From positions 128,001 through 192,000 of the forward strand of contig OZ245838.1 of NCBI GenBank assembly GCA_965228735.1: a stretch of 64,000 nt of DNA, written 5' to 3'. How positions within the stretch are numbered: the first letter of the stretch is position 1; each line of letters starts with the position of its first letter. The position numbers and the translations under genes were made by a program. Source of the stretch: Planctomycetota bacterium (GTDB lineage: Bacteria; Planctomycetota; UBA1135; UBA2386). The notes below the pieces were generated by a model. The model was not told where the DNA came from and did not search any database. It saw nothing but the letters and a program-made list of their open reading frames with translations. Shown here one piece after another: positions 10,148 to 19,128 of the stretch.

Positions 10148-11082
10148 AGCTCCCTCCGACGCTGCTCGTTCCGATCGTTCTCGTCGTCGCCGCCGGCGGC
10201 TGGTTCGGCTACCAGTGGTATGCCGCCGACGCCGCGGTCGCGGCCGAACGCGCCAAACTGCTCGATCACATCGCCATCGAGCTGGCGAAGGACAACCCCG
10301 ACGGCAGCGAATTGTCGCTCCTCGTCGCGCGGATCAAGGAGTTCGACGACCACAAGACCGCGCCCGATCTGCTCGCGGCACTGACCCGCATCGAGCTGGA
10401 GCGCGAGAACGTGCAGCGGGCCTACGACCTGTTCGCGCCGGTGCTCGGCGGCCCGGTCGTTGCGCCCGACAACGCCGCGCTCGGCGCCACGGTGCTGCTG
10501 CGGCGGCAGGCGGCCGGCATGCCGGATCGCGGGTCGTCCGTGAAGCTGCTCGAAGAGGCGATCCCGCTCGCACTGCAGGCCTACGCCGACACGGGCGCGC
10601 CCGTGCACCTGCTGCGCTGCATGCTCGCGGCGATGCGCCTGTCGGACAAGGAGCGCGCCGCGCAGTTTGGCGATCGGTTGCTGGCCGAGAACGGCGGCTC
10701 GGCGGCCGCCGAGTTCGTGAACCTCGTGCGGAAGTTCTCCGACACGACCGCGCGCGTCGACGTGTTGAGTGTCGCGGATCGGATCGAAGAACCGGTCGGT
10801 GAGATCGACGCGATGCTCGCGGTGCTCGAGTTGAAGCGCACCGACGTCGAGACCGCGGCCAAAAAGATCGAGCGCGCGCTCGGGCTCTATCCTGGCATCG
10901 TCGAAGTTCGCGTCGTGGCGTTCGGCGTGTTCGCCGCGGGCGTTGCCGGCAGCGCTGAGGGCAGTCCCGAGCGGGAGCGCTGGCGGGTGCGTCGCGACGC
11001 TCAGCTCGACTGGCTGCTCGAGCACGCCGCGCCCGACGATCCGCGCCGCGAGATCTGGGTGCAGGTGCGCGAGCAGCGCTGA
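10144..11082 (+). CDS. Hypothetical alpha-helical (TPR-like) protein with N-terminal membrane anchor
   Basis: GTG overlaps the upstream stop; hydrophobic N-terminus; genome-like codon usage. Confidence 0.65.
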   Translation: MKLPPTLLVPIVLVVAAGGWFGYQWYAADAAVAAERAKLLDHIAIELAKDNPDGSELSLLVARIKEFDDHKTAPDLLAALTRIELERENVQRAYDLFAPVLGGPVVAPDNAALGATVLLRRQAAGMPDRGSSVKLLEEAIPLALQAYADTGAPVHLLRCMLAAMRLSDKERAAQFGDRLLAENGGSAAAEFVNLVRKFSDTTARVDVLSVADRIEEPVGEIDAMLAVLELKRTDVETAAKKIERALGLYPGIVEVRVVAFGVFAAGVAGSAEGSPERERWRVRRDAQLDWLLEHAAPDDPRREIWVQVREQR

Positions 11083-11132
11083 CCTTCGGGCCTTCGCCTT
11101 CGGGATCTGGATGTCTTCGGGGATCCCGATCC

Positions 11133-12005
11133 TCAGGCCGTCCGCGCGACGAACGCCGCGCCGACCACAAGACCGATCGCGACCGCGGCGAACAGCGGCG
11201 CGATGGCCCATCGCGGCACGCCGCGGTGGTGCACGATGTGGGTGAGGTGCCGCCGGTCGCCGACCCACGGCGCGAGGCCGAGCGCGATGCGCGCGATGAC
11301 GACCTGCGTGAAATCGAGGAACGGCACGGCGACCGCGGCCAGGGCCCAGGGGTCGAGCACGGCGGCGCGCGCGGCGACGGTCGAGGTCGCGATGCCGAGC
11401 AGGTAGGCCCCGGAATCGCCGAGGAACACGCGCGCCCGCGGCCAGTTGAACGGCAGGAACCCGAGCGCGGCGAAGCCGATCGCGGCGAACGGGCCGGTGC
11501 CCGCCGCGAGCGCGATGAGGCTGACCGCGGCGAGACTCGCGGTGACGCCGTTCATGTTGTCGAGGAAGTTCGTCGCGTTGGTGAGCACGAACGCGAACAC
11601 CACGACCGCCGCGAAGAGCCCCGGGCGCGCCATCGGGTCGACCGTTCCCGCGGCGACGAGCCCGGCCGCGACGAACAGCCCGACGGCCTTGAGGCGCCAG
11701 TCGAGGTCGCGATCGTGCTCCTTGCCGCGATCGTCGAACCAGCCGACCGCCGCGGCGACGACGACCGCTGCGAGCGCGAACCAGTCCTGCAGCAGGCCGA
11801 GCCAGACTCCGGCGACCGGCAGCAGCAGGATGCCGGCGAGCGGGATCGGTCGCCCGTGCTGTTTGCGGGCGGGCCCGGGCGGGTCGTCCGGCAGCCAACC
11901 GACGACGTGGCGGTTGAGCCAGTAGCCCACGAGCACGAGCGTCGCCGTCGTGGGGGCGGCGAGCGCGGCGAGGCCGATCGGCCGAAGCGCCTCGAGGTCG
12001 ATCAT
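11133..12005 (-). CDS. MraY/WecA-like polyprenyl-phosphate HexNAc-1-P transferase (Glycos_transf_4)
   Basis: RKQHGRPIPLAG, GWFDD, NATNFLDNMNG, LGFLPFNWPRARVFLGDSG, DRRHLTH. Confidence 0.88.
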   Translation of the reverse strand: MIDLEALRPIGLAALAAPTTATLVLVGYWLNRHVVGWLPDDPPGPARKQHGRPIPLAGILLLPVAGVWLGLLQDWFALAAVVVAAAVGWFDDRGKEHDRDLDWRLKAVGLFVAAGLVAAGTVDPMARPGLFAAVVVFAFVLTNATNFLDNMNGVTASLAAVSLIALAAGTGPFAAIGFAALGFLPFNWPRARVFLGDSGAYLLGIATSTVAARAAVLDPWALAAVAVPFLDFTQVVIARIALGLAPWVGDRRHLTHIVHHRGVPRWAIAPLFAAVAIGLVVGAAFVARTA

Positions 12006-12679
12006 GACGCCGCGTAGAGAGCGTGGTCCGCGGCGTAGGCGAGCACGGTGGGGTCGACCTCGGCGACTGGCTGACCGGTCGCGAGCCGCCGCCGCACGGT
12101 CGTCGCGGCGACGTCGTCGGCCGGCAGATCGAGGACGTGATCGAGGAGCGCCTGCCGTTCGGCGGCCGTGAGGTCGAGGTCGGCCAGCGCTGCGGCGCAG
12201 ACCGGATGGCCCTGCCGCGGCCAGGTGACGACCGTCGCCAGCGCGAGCACGCGGTGGTGGTCGTGCCAGCTCGGGAGCAATGGCAGATTGTCGCTGCCGA
12301 TCAGGAAGTAGAGCGGGCGATCGGGGAACTCGGCCTGCAGCTCGGCGAGCGTCTCCGCCGTGTAGGACAGGCCCGGACGGTGCAGTTCGCGATCGTCGAC
12401 GACGACGTCCGGCAGCTCGCCGAACGCCAGCTCGCACATCCGCAGTCGGTGCGCCGCGGCCGTCATGCCGCGATCCTGCTTGTGGGGGTGATCGCCCGCC
12501 GGAATCACCCGGACCTCCGTCACGGGCAGGCTCCGGAGGGCCTCACGGGCGATTCGCAGATGGGTGCGATGCGGTGGATCGAACGAGCCGCCGAGAATCG
12601 CGATGCCGGCCGCTGCGGGCCGCTCCGCGGGCTCTCCGCTCGGTTCTGGTCCGTGGTCCTGCGCGCTCGGCACGTTCAT
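12002..12679 (-). CDS. nadD: Nicotinate-nucleotide adenylyltransferase
   Basis: ILGGSFDPPHRTHL, PAGDHPHK, SYTAETL, FLIGSDNL. Confidence 0.93.
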   Translation of the reverse strand: MNVPSAQDHGPEPSGEPAERPAAAGIAILGGSFDPPHRTHLRIAREALRSLPVTEVRVIPAGDHPHKQDRGMTAAAHRLRMCELAFGELPDVVVDDRELHRPGLSYTAETLAELQAEFPDRPLYFLIGSDNLPLLPSWHDHHRVLALATVVTWPRQGHPVCAAALADLDLTAAERQALLDHVLDLPADDVAATTVRRRLATGQPVAEVDPTVLAYAADHALYAAS

Positions 12680-12843
12680 CGGCGGCGTCCGCAGGCTACC
12701 CGCGCAGCGGTCCGGCGGGGCCGTCAAGTTGCCCGAAAACCCAGTTGCACCGCCATTTGCCCCTAGCTACCTTCCGTCACTCCCCCGACCGCCGACACGT
12801 CCCGTCGGCGATCCCGATCGACCCCTCTCCGCTACGGATTCTC

Positions 12844-13209
12844 ATGCGTAAGCTCGCACTCGCCCTTGCTCTCCTCCCGATGGCCGCCTGCTCGTCGTGG
12901 GGCAGTGGTCTGACCGAAGAACAGCGTCAGCGCGGCATCAAGCCGGTCTCGACGCTCTCGAGCGACTACGAGAGCAAGGCCTTCTGGACGCGCCTCGACC
13001 AGAGCGCTGACGGCCGCGCCAACGCGTTCGGCCGCGACCTGCGCCGCGTCGGCGACTTCTTCGATCGCCACTTCTGGAACTACGACGCCAACGATCCTTA
13101 CGTGAACTACCCGACGGATACGACGCGACTCGGTCACACCGGTCGCGCCGGAGCGAGCTTCGCTTCGTCGCTCCCCGTCGTTGGGGACGTTTGGTCGTAT
13201 TTTCGGTAG
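12844..13209 (+). CDS. Small putative lipoprotein
   Basis: MRKLALALALLPMAAC lipobox-like signal; 121 aa. Confidence 0.7.
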   Translation: MRKLALALALLPMAACSSWGSGLTEEQRQRGIKPVSTLSSDYESKAFWTRLDQSADGRANAFGRDLRRVGDFFDRHFWNYDANDPYVNYPTDTTRLGHTGRAGASFASSLPVVGDVWSYFR

Positions 13210-13254
13210 GGGTCGCGGCGGCGCGACCGGTGTGACCGAGTCGCGTCGTATCCG
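13115..13254. repeat. Perfect 36-bp inverted repeat (13115-13150 / 13219-13254)
   Basis: cggatacgacgcgactcggtcacaccggtcgcgccg and its exact reverse complement, 68 nt apart. Confidence 0.95.
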
Positions 13255-13464
13255 CGCAGTTTTGCGCTCGGCGCGCAGCCGGCTGCTCGAGCCGGGGGCG
13301 CGAGACGCCCGCCCCGTGGAGCGAGATGCGCCGGGGCTAGATGGCGAGGAGGCGCATTGGGTTTTGCGCCTGTCGGCTTCGCCGACGTGGCGCGGATGCG
13401 TCTTCACAACTGGACCTGTCGGTTGTGAACGTACCGAACCCGTTTTGAATCCGCCACTCGGTGG

Positions 13465-13566
13465 TTAGCTCGCTTGCCAGGTCGCCAGTTTTCGGTGCCT
13501 GCCCGTACGGAACCGGGTTCGTGGTGCCGGGGTCTAGGTCGCTTGCCAGGTCGCTAGTTTTCGTTG
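13465..13566. repeat. Direct duplication (~33 bp) of the rsmG 3' end
   Basis: The copy at 13465 encodes HRKLATWQAS*; the gene end at 13534 encodes QRKLATWQAT*. Confidence 0.85.
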
Positions 13567-14199
13567 GCGGTTGGCGGGAGCTGGGAGGGTGTAGGGGAGT
13601 TCGGTTTGGAGGCGGAACCGGCCTAGTTTGGGTGGGGTCTCGGCGTCTTCTTCGAGCCAGAGGGTGAGGTGGCCGCCGGGGCGGCATAGGGGGGCGGCCA
13701 GGGGGGCTAGGGCTTCGGGGCGGGCTACGGCGCGGGCGGTGATGAGGTCGAACGCGTGGCGCAGGTCGGGTTGGAGTTTGGGGGCCTGGGCGGCGTCGAG
13801 CTGGATGGTGTCGATGGTGTTCAGGCCGGCCGTGAGGAGGCAGGTGCCGACGGCGCGGACCTTCTTGCCGGTCTTGTCCATGAGCAGGGTCGTGGCCTTG
13901 GGGTGGAGGGCCGCGACGCAGACGCCGGGGAAGCCGTTGCCGGTGCCCAGGTCGAGGATGTGGCGGGGGCGCAGGCCCGTGCGGGCGAACGCTAGGCCGT
14001 CGAGAACGTGCAGGATCAGCGCCTGCTCGGGGTCGCGCACGCCCGTGAGGTTGATGCGTTGGTTGAGGTCGAGCATCGCGTCGAGGTAGGCGAGGAGGCG
14101 GTCGCCGGTCTCGGGTGTGATCTTGGCCGAGAGTTCGGCCGCCTGGGTCAGCAGGAACGTGCGGCGGTCGGCGTCGCTTCTCGTGGGCTCGTCGGTCAT
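13534..14199 (-). CDS. rsmG: 16S rRNA m7G527 methyltransferase RsmG (GidB)
   Basis: NQRINLTG, HVLDGL, LDLGTGNGFPG, FDLITARAVA. Confidence 0.93.
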   Translation of the reverse strand: MTDEPTRSDADRRTFLLTQAAELSAKITPETGDRLLAYLDAMLDLNQRINLTGVRDPEQALILHVLDGLAFARTGLRPRHILDLGTGNGFPGVCVAALHPKATTLLMDKTGKKVRAVGTCLLTAGLNTIDTIQLDAAQAPKLQPDLRHAFDLITARAVARPEALAPLAAPLCRPGGHLTLWLEEDAETPPKLGRFRLQTELPYTLPAPANRQRKLATWQAT

Positions 14200-14233
14200 C
14201 GTTCGCGTTCGGTTGCGCTGGCTTGCGCGGTGC

Positions 14234-15211
14234 TCAACTCGGCGTCGTCGCGAGGGCGGTCTGCAGGCCATCGACGCCGGCGCTCGGGTCGAGCCAGGTG
14301 ATCTCGGGCAGGCGGCGCAGCCACGTGGTCTGGCGGCGGATGAGCTTGTGCGTGCTGCGGCGGATGCGGTTGCGGAGCTCCTCGCGGTCCTTGTAGCGCC
14401 CGCGCAGGAAGTCGCGGCATTCGGCGTAGCCGATCGCAGCGCCTGCGGTGCGTGAGAAGCCGCCGCGCTGCTCGATCGCTTCCGTCTCCGCGAGCAGGCC
14501 GCCGTCGAGCATCGCCTCGGTGCGGGCGCGGACGCGCGCGTGCAGGTCATCGCGCTGCCGCTGGACCGCGACGATGCGGCACGGCCGGCGCCACTGCTGG
14601 CTCTCGAAGTGATCCTGTTGCGAGCTGATCGGCCTGCCCGTGAGTCGGTGGTATTCGAGCGCGCGCACGAGGCGGCGGCGGTCCTTGCAGTGGATACGGC
14701 TCGCGGCCTCGGGATCGACGGTCGCGAGTTCCGCGTGCAGGCAGCCCGGCGCGTTCGCCTCGCGCGCCTCGAGCTCCGCGCGGATCTTCGGGTCGGCGGC
14801 CGGGCCATCGAGCATGCCCTTGAAGAACGCCATGAGGTAGAGCGGCGTGCCGCCGACGAACAACGCCCGCTTGCCGCGGCGCTCGACGTCCTGCAGTGCG
14901 GTTGCCGCGGCGTCACACCAGCGTGCGGTGTCGAACGTCTCGGTCGGTTCGACGAGGTCGACGAGGTGATGCGCGACGCGCTCGCGTTCGGCGGCGGTCG
15001 GCTTGGCCGTGCCGACGTCCATGTGCCGGTAGACCGCCATCGAGTCCATGGACAGCACCTCGAGGTCGTGGCGTTCGGCCAGTTCGATCGCGAGCCCGGT
15101 CTTGCCCGCCGCTGTCGGGCCGGTCACGACCCAATGCCGCGTACGGGGGCTCGGAACGTCCGCTGTCGGGGCGTTCGCGGGCGGCACTAGTGGGTCGTTC
15201 TCGGCGGTCAC
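14234..15211 (-). CDS. miaA: tRNA dimethylallyltransferase
   Basis: GPTAAGKT, DSMAVYRHMDVGTAKP, VGGTPLY, RRLVRALE, AIGYAE, RRQTTW; start uncertain. Confidence 0.95.
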   Translation of the reverse strand: MTAENDPLVPPANAPTADVPSPRTRHWVVTGPTAAGKTGLAIELAERHDLEVLSMDSMAVYRHMDVGTAKPTAAERERVAHHLVDLVEPTETFDTARWCDAAATALQDVERRGKRALFVGGTPLYLMAFFKGMLDGPAADPKIRAELEAREANAPGCLHAELATVDPEAASRIHCKDRRRLVRALEYHRLTGRPISSQQDHFESQQWRRPCRIVAVQRQRDDLHARVRARTEAMLDGGLLAETEAIEQRGGFSRTAGAAIGYAECRDFLRGRYKDREELRNRIRRSTHKLIRRQTTWLRRLPEITWLDPSAGVDGLQTALATTPS

Positions 15212-15314
15212 GGCGGGGGCGCAGGAACTTACCGGCTGCGGCTTTGCACGTCGCGTCTTCGGGCCGTAACCTGCCCGGCCACTTTCGCGGCCCCTGGCCC
15301 AGACCCCTCCGGCA

Positions 15315-16082
15315 ATGATCGCGTTCCTGTCCGACATCCACAGCAACATCGAGGCGCTCTCGGTCGCCTTCGCCGAGGTCGACAAGCTCGGCTGTGACCG
15401 CGTGATCTGCCTCGGCGACGTGATCGGTTACGGCCCACAGCCGCGCCAGGCGCTCGCCACCATCATGGCTCGCGCCGAGTTCACGATCCTCGGCAACCAC
15501 GAGCACGGCGCGATGTTCTACGCGTCGGACTTCAACCCGCGCGCGCGCGCCGCGATCGACTGGACGCGCGACCAGCTCTCCCGCCGCGACACCCCGCGCG
15601 AGGAGAACATGAAGTTCTGGAACTACCTCGACGAGATGAAGCAGGAGCGGCGCGACGGCAAGATGCTGTTCGTGCACGGCTCGCCGCGCGATCCCGTGCG
15701 GGAATACCTCGTTCCGCGCGACGCGACGGACAAGGACAAGATGGCCGGCTGCTTCGAGAAGATGGGCGACGCGCACCTGTGCTTCGTCGGCCACAGCCAC
15801 GTGCCGGGCGTCTACCTCGAGTCCGGTCAGTTCCTCATGCCCGCCGACATCGGCATGGAATGGCAGGTCAGCGAGCGCGCGATCGTCAACATCGGCTCCG
15901 TCGGCCAGCCGCGCGACGGCGATCGGCGGCTGTCGTTCGTGACCTACGACGGCACGGATGGCACCGACGGCACGGTCCGGTTCCACCGGCTCGAGTACGA
16001 CGTCGAAGCGACGATGCAGAAGATCCGCGACATCCCCGAGCTGCCCGACTACCTCGCCGACCGGCTCGCGCAGGGGCGCTGA
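15315..16082 (+). CDS. Calcineurin-like metallophosphoesterase
   Basis: SDIHSN, LGDVIGYG, GNHE, HGSP, GHSH, NIGSVGQPRDG. Confidence 0.92.
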   Translation: MIAFLSDIHSNIEALSVAFAEVDKLGCDRVICLGDVIGYGPQPRQALATIMARAEFTILGNHEHGAMFYASDFNPRARAAIDWTRDQLSRRDTPREENMKFWNYLDEMKQERRDGKMLFVHGSPRDPVREYLVPRDATDKDKMAGCFEKMGDAHLCFVGHSHVPGVYLESGQFLMPADIGMEWQVSERAIVNIGSVGQPRDGDRRLSFVTYDGTDGTDGTVRFHRLEYDVEATMQKIRDIPELPDYLADRLAQGR

Positions 16083-16130
16083 GTCCTGTCGTCCCTGGCT
16101 CCCGCCCGTTCACCGAGTAGCGCCCCCGCG

Positions 16131-17837
16131 ATGCTGAAGTCGTTCCGTTTCGTCCTCTTCGCCGTTCTGCTGCTGAGCGGGCTCCTTCGCGCGCAGGACA
16201 ATCCGTTCTTCACGGAGTCGTACGGCCGCGAGAACGAGTTCGGCAGCTTCCGCGTGACGTTCGACAAGCGCGGTGCCGGCATCTTCTCGGTGCAGTTGCT
16301 CGATCACTGGCAGGACGTCGAGGCGAGTCAGAAGGACCCGCACGAGACCGGCGACTACATGCTCCTCGTGCACGAGGAGAACAACGACACGCACGACTAC
16401 GCGCTGCGGCTCGGTGAGATCGGGCTCGCACGGCTGTTCGAGCAGGATCTCCTGGTGGCTCCGTGGGAGATGCGCGAGCTCGACGGCAAAGCCGGGGTCG
16501 AGTTCACGATCCGTTCGGGGGGCTTCGTGTTGCGCAAGACCCTGCGCCACGTGCCGGAGGAGCGCGGCTTCGAGTTCACGATCGCGCTGCGCAACGAGAG
16601 CGCCGAACCCGCTGTCGGCGCGACTGCGTCGTTCGAGCTGCGTGGTCCGTGGCTCGCCAACCCGTCGCACACGACGCTCGTCGGCAACTCGTCGGTCGCG
16701 CTGGCCGTGACCGGCGCGGGAGAAATCGGCAAGCTGACGCCGGCGGCCGGCAAGCCGCAGCGGTTCGACGAGACCGAGATCACGCCGAGCGAGATCTCGT
16801 TCGCCGGGACGACGAGCCGCTTCTTCGGTGCGTTCCTCTACCCGCGCGACGAGATGGCGCGCAACGTCCTCACCGACTTCATCGCGGACACCGGGCCGGC
16901 CGTGCCGCAGCCGCTCACCGAGACCGCGGCCAACACGGTCATGCGGCTGCGCTACCGGATGACGTTGCCGATCCCGACGGCCGGGAACGAGACCGTCGCG
17001 ACCTACGGCCTCTATCTCGGGCCGAAGTCGACCCGCGAGTTCGAGAAGCTGCCGGCCGTGATGCAGGAGAAGTTCGCACCCGTGATCGACGTCGATCTCG
17101 CGGGCGGCTGCTGCATCGAGATCCCGGGCGCGCGCCAGGTCGGCTACCTGCTGCTCGCGCTGCTCGGCTGGTTCTACGACTTCGTCGGCAACTGGGGGGT
17201 CGCGATCATCATGCTGACCGTGCTCGTGCGCGGTCTGCTGATGCCGCTCAACTTCCGCATGCAGAAGTCGATGCGGGCCTACAGCAGCAAGATGGCGGTG
17301 CTCAAACCCAAGCTCGACAAGCTCAAGGAACAGCACGCCGACGACCCGAAGGCCTATCAGCAGGCCATGCTCGCGTTCCAGCGCGAGCACAAGATCATGC
17401 CGCCGATCGGCGGGTGCCTGCCGATCTTCCTCACGATGCCGGTCTACATCGGCCTCTTCACCGCGCTGCGCACGGCCTACGACCTGCGGCAGCAGCCGTT
17501 CATGTTCTGGATCCAGGACCTGAGCCTGTCGGACGCGCTGTTCGAGCTGCCGTTCTGGCCCGGCGTCTTCAACCTGCTCCCGCTCCTCTGGATGGGCCTG
17601 TTCCTCTACCTGTCGACGCGCCAGCCGCTGCCGACCGACGAACAGCAGCGCAGCATCCAGAAGATGATGCGCCTCATGCCGCTCATCATGGGCGTGATGC
17701 TCTACGGCTACGCCTCGGCGCTGCTGCTCTACATGGTGACGTCGATGGTGTGGTCCCTCGCCGAGAGCTCGATCATCAAGAAGATCCTCGGCCCGGTGGA
17801 CCCGAACGTGGCGGCGATGACTCCTACCCCGATGTAG
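16131..17837 (+). CDS. yidC: Membrane protein insertase YidC
   Basis: Periplasmic domain ending YLGPK; GNWGVAIIMLTVLVR, GGCLP, FMFWIQDLS, LLLYMVTS. Confidence 0.95.
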   Translation: MLKSFRFVLFAVLLLSGLLRAQDNPFFTESYGRENEFGSFRVTFDKRGAGIFSVQLLDHWQDVEASQKDPHETGDYMLLVHEENNDTHDYALRLGEIGLARLFEQDLLVAPWEMRELDGKAGVEFTIRSGGFVLRKTLRHVPEERGFEFTIALRNESAEPAVGATASFELRGPWLANPSHTTLVGNSSVALAVTGAGEIGKLTPAAGKPQRFDETEITPSEISFAGTTSRFFGAFLYPRDEMARNVLTDFIADTGPAVPQPLTETAANTVMRLRYRMTLPIPTAGNETVATYGLYLGPKSTREFEKLPAVMQEKFAPVIDVDLAGGCCIEIPGARQVGYLLLALLGWFYDFVGNWGVAIIMLTVLVRGLLMPLNFRMQKSMRAYSSKMAVLKPKLDKLKEQHADDPKAYQQAMLAFQREHKIMPPIGGCLPIFLTMPVYIGLFTALRTAYDLRQQPFMFWIQDLSLSDALFELPFWPGVFNLLPLLWMGLFLYLSTRQPLPTDEQQRSIQKMMRLMPLIMGVMLYGYASALLLYMVTSMVWSLAESSIIKKILGPVDPNVAAMTPTPM

Positions 17838-17899
17838 ATCGGGGCTCTGGGGACCCCCATGTAGATGGGGGCGTCTTTGGACCCCGATGTAGATCGGGG
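17827..17899. repeat. Three tandem hairpins with a GTAG loop at the yidC stop
   Basis: CCCCGAT-GTAG-ATCGGGG at 17827 and 17882; CCCCCAT-GTAG-ATGGGGG at 17854. Confidence 0.9.
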
Positions 17900-17931
17900 C
17901 TGTCGGGCGCCGATGTCGCCGGCGCCGCCGC

Positions 17932-18969
17932 CTACCGCGGCAGCGTGAAATCGATCTGCAGCGCGCCGTCGATCGCGCGGCGCGCCGTCGCCTGACCACC
18001 GTGCCCGAGCACGACGGTCTGCGTGAGGATCAACCCCAGACCGTGCCCGTGACCGCGCAGCAGGCGGCTCGGGTAGAACGGCTCGAACGTGTGCGGCAGG
18101 CGCCATTGCGCGAGCGCTTCGCCGCGCAGCACGACGCGCAGTGACACGGCACCGTTGCGATCGAACAGGTCGAGCTCGGTCTCGATGCCCGCGGCCGACA
18201 TCGCGTCGGCGAAGCGCAGCATCTCGGCGAACGCCGGCGCGAGCTGGTCCGTGTCGCCGCGCACGACGTGGGGGCCGGGTTCGATCGTGACGGTCGCGGG
18301 CGCTTCCGTGCGTTCGCCGCGCGCCGCGATCGCGGCCTGCACGAGCTCGGCGAGGTCGACCTCGTCGTGGCGGCGCGGGCCGTGCGCCGCGGTCGAGAGC
18401 AGCCGCAGGCGATTCAGCATGCGCTGGACGCGGTGCACGCCGTCGAGCGCCGCCCGGACCTGATCGCGCCGGTCGCTTTCGTGGTTGGGATCGAAGCCGG
18501 CGTGCAGCAGCTGCAGGTGACCCGAGACGTAGAGCAGCGGGTTGTTGATCTCGTCGGCCATGCCGTGCGCGAGATCGAGGAACACGTCGGTCCGCGGGCG
18601 GTTGCCGCCGAGCAGCGCCTGTTCGATCGTCGCGGCGAGCAGGCCCGGCTTGTCGGGGTAGACGAGCACGCGCGCGTCGAGCCGCTTGCTCACGGCGCTC
18701 GCCTCGATCTCGCCCGCGACGTCCGTGACGAGCACGATGCCGACGCGACCCCAGAGACTGCGCAGCAGCCGCAGCGCGCCGACGTCCTCGGCGGGCTCGT
18801 CCGAGAGGTGGACCACGAGCAGCTCGGGCTCGAACGTCGCGAGGCCTTCCGAGTCGGCGTGCACGGACCCGAAGGACTGGATCTCGGGGTTCAGCGGCAG
18901 GGACCGCAGATCCTTGATCAGCCGAGGATCGACGGGTCCGACCACCGCGATGCGAACGACGCGATCCAT
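17932..18969 (-). CDS. Receiver-like + HisKA-like + HATPase-like protein (degenerate histidine kinase)
   Basis: H-box-like LAHGMADEINNPL; FEPFY and GHGLGL F/G2 boxes; VLGHGG; CheY-like N-terminus. Confidence 0.8.
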   Translation of the reverse strand: MDRVVRIAVVGPVDPRLIKDLRSLPLNPEIQSFGSVHADSEGLATFEPELLVVHLSDEPAEDVGALRLLRSLWGRVGIVLVTDVAGEIEASAVSKRLDARVLVYPDKPGLLAATIEQALLGGNRPRTDVFLDLAHGMADEINNPLLYVSGHLQLLHAGFDPNHESDRRDQVRAALDGVHRVQRMLNRLRLLSTAAHGPRRHDEVDLAELVQAAIAARGERTEAPATVTIEPGPHVVRGDTDQLAPAFAEMLRFADAMSAAGIETELDLFDRNGAVSLRVVLRGEALAQWRLPHTFEPFYPSRLLRGHGHGLGLILTQTVVLGHGGQATARRAIDGALQIDFTLPR

Positions 18970-19128
18970 CGGCTGGGGTGAGGCAAGCGGAACGGCTCCG
19001 CAACTGCGAGCCGTCCGCAGCGTATCTCCTCCTAGATCCGGTGTCACCATATGTGCCGTCGAGGCGGGTTCGGGTCCACGAACACGCGGTGAGCGAACTC
19101 CAGCCGTTCCCTGCGCGAGGCCGATAGC

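Noticed and set aside
13465..13566. Diversity-generating retroelement TR/VR pair
   Set aside because: Repeat is short, mismatches are not adenine-specific, and no reverse transcriptase is present in the window.
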